Assembly (NCBI GenBank): GCA_964600045.1
Contig: CAZRHS010000001.1
Span: 11,046-75,045, forward strand
DNA: 64,000 nucleotides
Source: an uncultured Clostridium sp.
Lineage (GTDB): Bacteria; Bacillota; Clostridia; Christensenellales; CAG-138
Direction of reading: 5' to 3'
The notes below the pieces were generated by a model. That model was given only the letters and a program-made list of their open reading frames with translations, was not told the DNA's origin and did no database searches. A program made the position numbers and the translations under genes. This document shows positions 56,276 to 64,000 of the stretch, piece by piece (positions within the stretch are counted from its first letter, which is position 1; each line of letters starts with the position of its first letter).

Positions 56276-57628
56276 GTGAACGGAGAAGGGAAAGAGCCAT
56301 GGCGTGATGACGAGGCCGAAATTAGGCGCCGGCTGAATCTTAGGCCCTTCAAACGCGCGGAAGAAAGCGAAGACGAGGCCTGTGAGGCCGACGAAACCGA
56401 AGACAATACCGAATATACGGACAATACGGAAGATACATTTGACGAAGCCGAAGCCGCCGAGAGCAGCGAGGAGAGCGGCGAAGACGAAGAAGAAAACGGC
56501 ACAGACGAAGAAAGCGAAGAGAATAACCAGGACGAGGAGGACGCCGAAGCGGACGGGGAGAATACCGATCCGTTTGAGGACGAGCCTTTTTTCGCGCCCG
56601 ATGAGGAAGAAGAGGAAGAACCGAAGAAAAAGAAGCGCACCGTTGGCGATGCCCGGCGCGATGACATAAAGCGCAAAAGAAAGCTTACCGAAAAGGAAAA
56701 GCGCAGAAGGCAAAGAAAGAAAAAGATAATAAAAATTGCCCTGTTCGCAACCGTGTCTGCGGCGCTTATCGCGGCCGCGGCGGTTACGTATTTTACGCTT
56801 ATTGTGGACAGCATAGAGGTATACGGCTGCACGCATTACAATGCGGAAGAGCTTATTAAGGCCTCCGGCTTAAGCGTTGGCAAGCACATGTGGCTTGAGC
56901 GGGTGAGCGAGGCTGAAAGCCGAATGGAGCAGAACGCGTATATAGCCACGGCGGACGTTATAAGGGTTTATCCGAATAAGCTTGTTGTAAACATAACCGA
57001 GCGCGAGGAGGCGGCGGTGCTTGTGGGCATGAACACGCAGGCCGTTATAGATAAGGACGGATATGTGCTGTATATAGGCGCGCGCGCCGATTACTCCGGC
57101 CTTATTCAAATATCCGGCATGGGCAGCAGCGGCTACCACGTTAACCAGAGGCTTGGCGAGGAATCGGACTTTAACTCCCGCACCATGATAACCCTGCTTG
57201 AGGCCGTGTATTCCGCGGGCCTTGAAAACGAGATAACCTGCATAGAGCTTGGCAACCCTTTGAGCATAAATATGGAAACCGCGTCCGGCGTTACAATACA
57301 CCTTGGCCAGAGCGACAACGCGGAGGAGAAGCTTGCTTCATTCAAAACCGTTTTGCCTACCCTTAAATCAATGGGCTACGCGTCGGACGGCACGCTTGAC
57401 CTGTCCGCCCAGGGAGACCCCGTATATTCACCTGAGAAAACGCCCGAGCCCATTATGACGGCTGAGCCTACAACTGCCGTTACGGATAATGCGACCACCA
57501 CGGAGGACCCGAGCGCAACGCCTACACCCACGCCGGAAGCGAACTCAACGCCCGCCGCGAGCAATTCCGCCTCGCCCGAGACTACGCCTGCGCGCACTCC
57601 GTCTCCCACGGACGCGTTCTCCGGATGA
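56276..57628 (+). CDS. ftsQ: FtsQ/DivIB-type cell division protein (POTRA) with long charged N-terminal and PT-rich C-terminal extensions
   Basis: 450 aa from GTG. An acidic then basic cytoplasmic tail, a TM helix IALFATVSAALIAAAAVTYF, a POTRA-like segment IVDSIEVYGCTHYNAEELIKASGLSVG, an FtsQ beta domain and a P/T/A-rich tail. Confidence 0.7.
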   Translation: MNGEGKEPWRDDEAEIRRRLNLRPFKRAEESEDEACEADETEDNTEYTDNTEDTFDEAEAAESSEESGEDEEENGTDEESEENNQDEEDAEADGENTDPFEDEPFFAPDEEEEEEPKKKKRTVGDARRDDIKRKRKLTEKEKRRRQRKKKIIKIALFATVSAALIAAAAVTYFTLIVDSIEVYGCTHYNAEELIKASGLSVGKHMWLERVSEAESRMEQNAYIATADVIRVYPNKLVVNITEREEAAVLVGMNTQAVIDKDGYVLYIGARADYSGLIQISGMGSSGYHVNQRLGEESDFNSRTMITLLEAVYSAGLENEITCIELGNPLSINMETASGVTIHLGQSDNAEEKLASFKTVLPTLKSMGYASDGTLDLSAQGDPVYSPEKTPEPIMTAEPTTAVTDNATTTEDPSATPTPTPEANSTPAASNSASPETTPARTPSPTDAFSG

Positions 57629-57712
57629 TAAAAATAATCAAACTTTTGTAAACGGCGTTTTGGTTTGAAATTGAAAATAAGATTGCGTTACCTGTTGCGA
57701 AATAGGTCTTAT

Positions 57713-57741
57713 TTGTGGTATGCTTTAATCAGCTATATAAT
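57713..57741 (+). promoter_or_regulatory. Possible promoter for ftsA-ftsZ
   Basis: TTGTGG (57713-57718), a 17-nt spacer, then TATAAT (57736-57741), 33 nt upstream of ftsA. Confidence 0.4.
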
Positions 57742-57773
57742 GCGCCCGGCGAATACGGCAAAGGAGGGGCACG

Positions 57774-58970
57774 ATGGGTCAGAGCACGGCAATACTCGAT
57801 ATCGGCAGTTCCAAAATCATCTGCCTCATCTGCGGCACGGACGGCCGGGGCGGTATACTGGTTCAGGGCGCGGGTATAAAGGAATACCCGGGCTATAAGC
57901 GCGGCGCGTTTGAGGACGAGCAGCAGCTTGCGGACGCGGTGCTTGATGCTTTAAGCGTTGCGGAAACCGAGGCAAGGCACAGGGTTAGGGACATTTCAGT
58001 TGGCGTTCCCGCCCCGTTTACCAAGCTTATAATGCAGCGCGGAGAGGTTGACTTTCGCGGCAAGCAGCGGCGCATAACGCACCGGGATATAGACAATGTT
58101 ATAAACGCTTCGCTTGATTTTGATGCACCGGATGGATATTCGCTTATCCATTCAACGCCCGTTGAGTTCACCGTGCAGGACGCTGTCCGTTCGGATATGC
58201 CCATAGGCGTTATGGCGGCGGGCTTTAGCGCAACGGTTTCGCATCTTTATGTTGAAGACCATTTTAAGCAGCTTATAAGCGATGCTTTGCTTAGGGTTGG
58301 GCTTGATGCGGATATGTACATTGCCGTTCCCTTGAGCGAAGGGGTGTTCGTGATTCCCGAAAAGGAGCGCGGAGAACGGGCGGTGCTTATAGATTCGGGC
58401 TTTACACATACGGATGTATGCGTTGTTAAAAACGCGGCGCTTGTGGATATGCGCACCATACCCGTGGGCGGCATGCACTTCACCTCCGATCTGGGCTACG
58501 GCATAGGCATAAAGGAAACGGTTGCCGAAAACGTAAAACGCAGGTATGTTTATTCCCTTGATTATCAGGACAGTATAGATACCATTCGCGTGCCGGGCGG
58601 CGGAACAATGTATGTTGAGCACGAGGCGATACAGTATATTATAGAAGAGCGTACAAGGGAGCTTTGCCGCCTTATAAAAGAGGCGTTTAAGGAGATGGGC
58701 GTTGAGATTACGCCAACGCTTCCCGTGTATATGAGCGGCGGCGGGGTAACGCTTATGCGCGGCTGCTGCGAATTTATGGAGAAGGAACTCGGTACGGCGG
58801 TTCAGGTGCGCATGCCCTGGATGCCCAGGCTGTCCTCACCGAACTACGCAAGCGCGTTTTCGGTAATGGACTTTGTAATGCACGCGTCCGATGAGGACAA
58901 TGCCGGCAGGCTTGAGGGCGCCGGCACCAACAAAAACGTATTAAAAAAGCTGATAGACTTATTCAAATAA
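57774..58970 (+). CDS. ftsA: Cell division protein FtsA (actin-like ATPase)
   Basis: 398 aa. [12 protein letters not shown] phosphate-1 motif, [19 protein letters not shown], and a C-terminal amphipathic helix [12 protein letters not shown]. Confidence 0.85.
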   Translation: MGQSTAILDIGSSKIICLICGTDGRGGILVQGAGIKEYPGYKRGAFEDEQQLADAVLDALSVAETEARHRVRDISVGVPAPFTKLIMQRGEVDFRGKQRRITHRDIDNVINASLDFDAPDGYSLIHSTPVEFTVQDAVRSDMPIGVMAAGFSATVSHLYVEDHFKQLISDALLRVGLDADMYIAVPLSEGVFVIPEKERGERAVLIDSGFTHTDVCVVKNAALVDMRTIPVGGMHFTSDLGYGIGIKETVAENVKRRYVYSLDYQDSIDTIRVPGGGTMYVEHEAIQYIIEERTRELCRLIKEAFKEMGVEITPTLPVYMSGGGVTLMRGCCEFMEKELGTAVQVRMPWMPRLSSPNYASAFSVMDFVMHASDEDNAGRLEGAGTNKNVLKKLIDLFK

Positions 58971-58986
58971 CGAGGAGGACATTAAA

Positions 58987-60186
<1,200 letters not shown>

Positions 60187-60202
60187 AAGATAAGTAAACG
60201 GA

Positions 60203-60231
60203 AGAGAGCCTTATACGGGCTCTCTTTTTTG
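60203..60231 (+). terminator. Rho-independent terminator after ftsZ
   Basis: AGAGAGCC-TTATACG-GGCTCTCT followed by TTTTT. Confidence 0.7.
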
Positions 60232-60291
60232 TGTGCAGGGGACGCAGAATTTATATAATTAGTTGGATATATTAACTGACTTTGATTTTAC

Positions 60292-60328
60292 CCAAAAAGA
60301 ACCGAACTCCCTCTTTATTGAGGGAGCT
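60292..60328 (-). terminator. Rho-independent terminator after glgP
   Basis: Minus strand: CTCCCTC-AATAAA-GAGGGAG followed by TTCGGTTCTTTTTGG. Confidence 0.5.
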
Positions 60329-60343
60329 CGTGTACACTATCAA

Positions 60344-62734
60344 TTAAAGCTTAATCGTGGGTATGTGCCAAATCTCGGCGGCGTATTCCTTAAGCGCGCG
60401 GTCGGAGGAGAACTTGCCCGCGCCCGCGGTATTCATAAGGCACTTGCGGCCAAAGGCCTCGCGGTCGCGATAGTCGCGGTTTGCCCTAAGCTTTGCATCC
60501 ATGTAGCTTGGCATATCCTTAAGCAGGAAATACTGGTCGGGCGCGTGCCAGGAGGCACCGTAAAGCAGGGAATCGTAAAGCTCCTTGAAGCCGCCCATGC
60601 CGCCGTCGTTAAATGTGCCGTTCACAAGCGCGTCAACCGCCCTCTTTATGCGGGGATTGGATTCATATATTTCCTTGGGGTTGTAGTTGGGCCTCAAGGC
60701 ATTAAGCTCCTCTACGGTTGCGCCGAATATATAGTTGTTCTCAAGGCCCGCCTGCTCGGCTATTTCTATGTTCGCTCCGTCATACGTGCCCAGGGTAACC
60801 GCGCCGTTAAGCATAAGCTTCATGTTGCCCGTGCCGCTCGCTTCCTTGCCGGCGGGGGAGATCTGCTCGGATATATCGGCCGCGGGAATTATCATTTCGG
60901 CATAGGAGCAATTGTAGTTCTGCACGAACACAACCCGCATCAGGTCCTTCATGGCGGGGTCCGAATTGACCATGTTCGCTATTTCGTTTATGAACTTGAT
61001 AACGTTCTTTGCCCTTATGTAGCCGGGCGCGGCCTTTGCGCCGAATATGAAGGCGGTGGGGGTAAAGTCGCGAAGCGTGCCGTCTTTCAGGCAGTAGTAT
61101 ATATCAAGCACCGAAAACGCGTTCATAAGCTGGCGCTTGTATTCATGCATGCGCTTTATCTGCACGTCGTAAACAAAGTCCGTGGGCAGCAGAACCCCTT
61201 CCTTTTCGCTTATGTAGGAAGAAAGCCTGCGCTTGTTTTTGGCCTTAATGTCGTTAAAGCGGGCAATCGTATCGCCGTCTATATGCTCCTTAAGCGCGCT
61301 TATTTGGCTAAGATCGGATATAAAGCCGTATGAACCGATTTTTTCGGCTATAAGCTCGGCGTAGCTCGGGTTGCAAAGGCCAAGGAAGCGGCGGGGAGTT
61401 ATGCCGTTTGTCTTGTTCTGAAATCTTTCGGGATAAAGGGCGTACCAGTCCGCGAAAAGATCGTTTTTCAGTATGTCCGTATGAATCTTGGCAACGCCGT
61501 TTACAACGCTTGATGCGTACACGGCAAGGCGCGCCATGTGTATGGTGCCGTTTTCTATAATCTGCATTCTGCCGCGGCGAGCGTCATCCGCTCCGCGCGC
61601 GCGAAGCTCGTCATTAAGGCGATCGTTAATGCGGTATATAATGCCCGTAAGCTCCGGCACAACGCTTGAGAAAAGCCCCTCGTCCCAGCGCTCAAGCGCC
61701 TCGCTCATAACGGTGTGGTTGGTATAATTAAATGTGTTCCTCGCGGTTTCAAAGGCGGTGTTGAAGTCCATGCCCTCAAGCATAAGCAGCCTTATAAGCT
61801 CCGGTATGCTCACCACGGGGTGGGTATCGTTAAGCTGAATTGAGCAATGGGAGGCAAACATGCTCATGTCCGTTCCGCGGGTGCGCTTATAGCGGCGCAC
61901 AATGTCCTGCAGGCTTGCGCTTGAAAGGAAATACTGCTGCTTAAGCCTGAGCCGCTTGCCGGCATACGTGCTGTCGTTAGGATAAAGCACGCGGGTAATA
62001 TCCTCCACCATGTTCTTTTCGCGCACGGCAAGGGCATATTCCTGATCGTTAAAAAGATTGAAGTTGAATTCCTCTATCGGCTCGCTCTGCCAAAGGCGAA
62101 GGGTGGAGCTGTGCGCCGTGCCGTAGCCGAAAACGGGCATATCGTAGGGCACTGCAAGCACCTTTTGATCGGCAAACTCAACCGTTACAGTTTTATCGTC
62201 CCTGCGCTTGCTCCAGGGGTCGCCGTATTTAAGCCAGTCGTCCGCCTTCTCAACCTGAAAACCATCGGAGAAGGACTGCTTGAAAAGGCCGAATTTATAC
62301 CTTAATCCGTATCCGTCAAGGGGTATAGAGTGCGTTGCGGCGCTGTCCAGATAGCAGGCGGCAAGCCTGCCAAGGCCTCCGTTGCCCAGTGCCGCGTCGT
62401 CTATTTCTTCCATTGCGGAAAGGTTTGCCCCGCGCTCACGAAGAAGCGAGCGTATCTCCTCCAATATGCCCAAATTGTACAGGTTTGAAAAAACAGCCCT
62501 GCCCATAAGATATTCCGCGCTGAAATAATACGCCCTGCGTACGCGCTCGTGGGAGCGGCGGCTTTCGCGGCATTCCCTGGCGGTAACGGCCATTACGGCC
62601 TCCGCAAGAGCATTGTGCAGCTGAACTGTTGATGCTTCGTGCAGCTCTATCTGGTAGTCCGCGCCAAGGCGCTCCTCCATGCGCTTAACTATATCCTCGC
62701 AATTGATACGGCCCATACTTCCTCCGTAAGACAA
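60344..62734 (-). CDS. glgP: Alpha-glucan (glycogen/maltodextrin) phosphorylase
   Basis: 796 aa. GNGGLGRLAAC and the PLP-lysine motif EASGTGNMKLMLNGA, with full-length GT35 colinearity. Confidence 0.95.
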   Translation of the reverse strand: MSYGGSMGRINCEDIVKRMEERLGADYQIELHEASTVQLHNALAEAVMAVTARECRESRRSHERVRRAYYFSAEYLMGRAVFSNLYNLGILEEIRSLLRERGANLSAMEEIDDAALGNGGLGRLAACYLDSAATHSIPLDGYGLRYKFGLFKQSFSDGFQVEKADDWLKYGDPWSKRRDDKTVTVEFADQKVLAVPYDMPVFGYGTAHSSTLRLWQSEPIEEFNFNLFNDQEYALAVREKNMVEDITRVLYPNDSTYAGKRLRLKQQYFLSSASLQDIVRRYKRTRGTDMSMFASHCSIQLNDTHPVVSIPELIRLLMLEGMDFNTAFETARNTFNYTNHTVMSEALERWDEGLFSSVVPELTGIIYRINDRLNDELRARGADDARRGRMQIIENGTIHMARLAVYASSVVNGVAKIHTDILKNDLFADWYALYPERFQNKTNGITPRRFLGLCNPSYAELIAEKIGSYGFISDLSQISALKEHIDGDTIARFNDIKAKNKRRLSSYISEKEGVLLPTDFVYDVQIKRMHEYKRQLMNAFSVLDIYYCLKDGTLRDFTPTAFIFGAKAAPGYIRAKNVIKFINEIANMVNSDPAMKDLMRVVFVQNYNCSYAEMIIPAADISEQISPAGKEASGTGNMKLMLNGAVTLGTYDGANIEIAEQAGLENNYIFGATVEELNALRPNYNPKEIYESNPRIKRAVDALVNGTFNDGGMGGFKELYDSLLYGASWHAPDQYFLLKDMPSYMDAKLRANRDYRDREAFGRKCLMNTAGAGKFSSDRALKEYAAEIWHIPTIKL

Positions 62735-62791
62735 AAATCATATCAGCTTACATCATACCATAAATATACAGCCGCGGCAAATACTTTAAGC

Positions 62792-62820
62792 TTGACTAAG
62801 CGCGCGTTTTACAGCATAAT
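62792..62820 (+). promoter_or_regulatory. Possible promoter of the MarR gene
   Basis: TTGACT (62792-62797), a 17-nt spacer, then CATAAT (62815-62820). Confidence 0.4.
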
Positions 62821-62852
62821 AATGGCAAAAATTACCCAAACGGAGGCAAACG

Positions 62853-63299
62853 GTGAACGCTCCAACTCAATCGGCAAGCGAGGCCTTTACCGGCTTAGTA
62901 AGAATATATACGGCATGTATGCAGAAAACGCTGAGCAAATACGGGCTCTATCCCGGCCAGCCGCAGGTGCTTTTCGCTATAAGCGAGCTTGGCACGCCAA
63001 CGCAGATAGAGCTTGCGGAACGCCTTGGCGTTACAAAGGCAAGCGCGGGGGTTTCATTAAGGCGGCTTGAGGCGGCGGGCTTCGTTAAAAGAATAAGGGA
63101 TAAAAAGGATACGCGCTGCGTTAGAATAAAGCTTACGCAAAAGGGCGCGGATTACGCCCGCTGGTGCGACATAGATTTTGAAATGATATACACCACCATG
63201 ATGGAAACATTTACCGCCGAGGAACGGGAAGAGGCGATAAGGATACTGAACGAAATGAACAAAAGCTTAACGGGCTTAAAGGAGCGGCTGGACGGTTGA
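62853..63299 (+). CDS. MarR family transcriptional regulator
   Basis: 148 aa from GTG, 6 nt after GGAGG. Winged-helix segment ..PGQPQVLFAISELGTPTQIELAERLGVTKASAGVSLRRLEAAGFVKRIRDKKDTRCVRIKLT.. Confidence 0.8.
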   Translation: MNAPTQSASEAFTGLVRIYTACMQKTLSKYGLYPGQPQVLFAISELGTPTQIELAERLGVTKASAGVSLRRLEAAGFVKRIRDKKDTRCVRIKLTQKGADYARWCDIDFEMIYTTMMETFTAEEREEAIRILNEMNKSLTGLKERLDG

Positions 63300-63336
63300 C
63301 CGGCCGTTCTTTTTTATGCTTAGACTAACTTAACTG

Positions 63337-63365
63337 TTGACAAAAAAAGCCTTTGGTAGTACATT
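63337..63365 (+). promoter_or_regulatory. Possible promoter of the Rrf2-cysteine desulfurase operon
   Basis: TTGACA (63337-63342), a 17-nt spacer, then TACATT (63360-63365). Confidence 0.4.
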
Positions 63366-63411
63366 ATATCCGAAATCACACCGGATTGGTGGGAATTGAG
63401 GTGACGCGGCT

Positions 63412-63879
63412 ATGTACTTCTCCACAAAAGGGCGCTACGGGCTTAAAGCAATGGTTGATCTGGCCATTGAATACGGCAAGGGACCGGTGAGCGCGCTTAC
63501 CCTTTCGCGGCAGCAGGGCATAAGCCCCTCATATCTTGAGCAAATAGTGGTGCTGCTTAAAAAAGCGGGGCTTATAAAGGGCTCGCGCGGCGCCTGCGGG
63601 GGATATGAGCTGAGCCGCCCGCCGGAGGAAATAGACGTAGGCACGGTGCTCCGCGCTCTTGAGGGCGGAACGGACATAGTGGACTGCGTTGGCACGGAAA
63701 ACGATGCGGAGTGCACAAACGCCTGCCGCTGCTCCGCAAGGCCGCTTTGGATTAAGCTGCAGAGCAAAATAAACGAGGTTCTTTCCACCACAACCCTGAA
63801 GGACATGGCGGAGGATCATCTGTCCCAGCTTGAACGCTGCGGCGGCGCACCGGAAGAGTGCGAAAAGAGCGACGAATAA
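63412..63879 (+). CDS. Rrf2 family transcriptional regulator (IscR/CymR-like)
   Basis: 155 aa. STKGRYGLKAMVDLA N-terminus and the GISPSYLEQIVVLLKKAGLIKGSRGACGGYEL wHTH. A Cys cluster (..DCVG..ECTNACRCS..) suggests Fe-S ligation. Confidence 0.85.
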   Translation: MYFSTKGRYGLKAMVDLAIEYGKGPVSALTLSRQQGISPSYLEQIVVLLKKAGLIKGSRGACGGYELSRPPEEIDVGTVLRALEGGTDIVDCVGTENDAECTNACRCSARPLWIKLQSKINEVLSTTTLKDMAEDHLSQLERCGGAPEECEKSDE

Positions 63880-63910
63880 ACACTTTATATACATTCAGGA
63901 GAGATACGCA

Positions 63911-64000
63911 ATGAGAAAGGTTTATCTTGACAACGCGGCCACTACGGCCCTTTCACCCAAGGTGCTTGAAAAGATGATGCCCTACCTTACCGAGGTTTAC
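63911..64000 (+). CDS. Cysteine desulfurase (NifS/IscS family), N-terminal fragment running off the window end
   Basis: Manual translation from ATG 63911 gives MRKVYLDNAATTALSPKVLEKMMPYLTEVY. YLDNAATT is the typical class V aminotransferase/NifS N-terminus, and the gene follows an Rrf2 regulator. Confidence 0.7.
   Translation, partial: MRKVYLDNAATTALSPKVLEKMMPYLTEVY

Noticed and set aside
56219-56836. Two overlapping minus-strand ORFs of about 200 aa (F/S/L-rich) lie opposite the 5' part of ftsQ.
   Set aside because: They mirror the GAA/GAG/AAG-rich low-complexity coding tract of the FtsQ N-terminal tail. No RBS or family resemblance is present, and the plus-strand gene sits in the correct dcw context.

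Overview
This 64-kb window is a dense chromosomal core segment from a moderately GC-rich Firmicute. A Clostridia-like origin is suggested by T-box leaders, SepF/DivIVA, DegV, an ECF S-component and a SpoVE/FtsW-type dcw cluster. I call about 60 protein genes. I found no rRNA, tRNA, CRISPR array, IS element or prophage. Gene content from left to right is as follows. (1) A housekeeping block: trmK, a dnaD-like gene, an M32 carboxypeptidase, rsmI, nadE, mscL and an NlpC/P60 hydrolase. (2) A DUF2804 + SLOG(YpsA-like) pair, an ABC-F ATPase and a MntA/HepT toxin-antitoxin module. (3) leuS with a T-box leader. (4) Three hydrolase genes in a row. (5) A GGGtGRT / NifU-like gene pair of unknown function. 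(6) A nadD-yqeK fusion and rsfS. (7) A T-box-controlled hisS-aspS operon followed by rseC-like and trxA genes. (8) A VanX-type dipeptidase, an M42 peptidase, DinJ/YafQ and degV. (9) A HlyD-like gene, then yggS, sepF, divIVA and ygiQ. (10) A C39-like surface protein, a UvrD-type helicase, coaW plus an ECF S-component, and a VanW protein. (11) The dcw cluster mraZ-rsmH-ftsL-bPBP-murE-mraY-murD-ftsW-ftsQ-ftsA-ftsZ. (12) glgP, a MarR regulator, an Rrf2 regulator and the start of a cysteine desulfurase. I see no convincing novel multi-gene defence or mobile system. The most interesting observations are: (a) the only class B PBP in the dcw cluster has all three transpeptidase motifs degenerate; (b) a branched, U-tract-terminated structured element lies between mraY and murD; (c) the uncharacterised GGGtGRT / NifU-like pair; (d) NadE appears to have lost the Lys and Cys of its glutaminase triad; (e) the hisS-aspS T-box appears to carry an Asp (GAC) specifier. 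All calls rest on reading the sequence and the ORF translations and on remembered family motifs. No database search was run.
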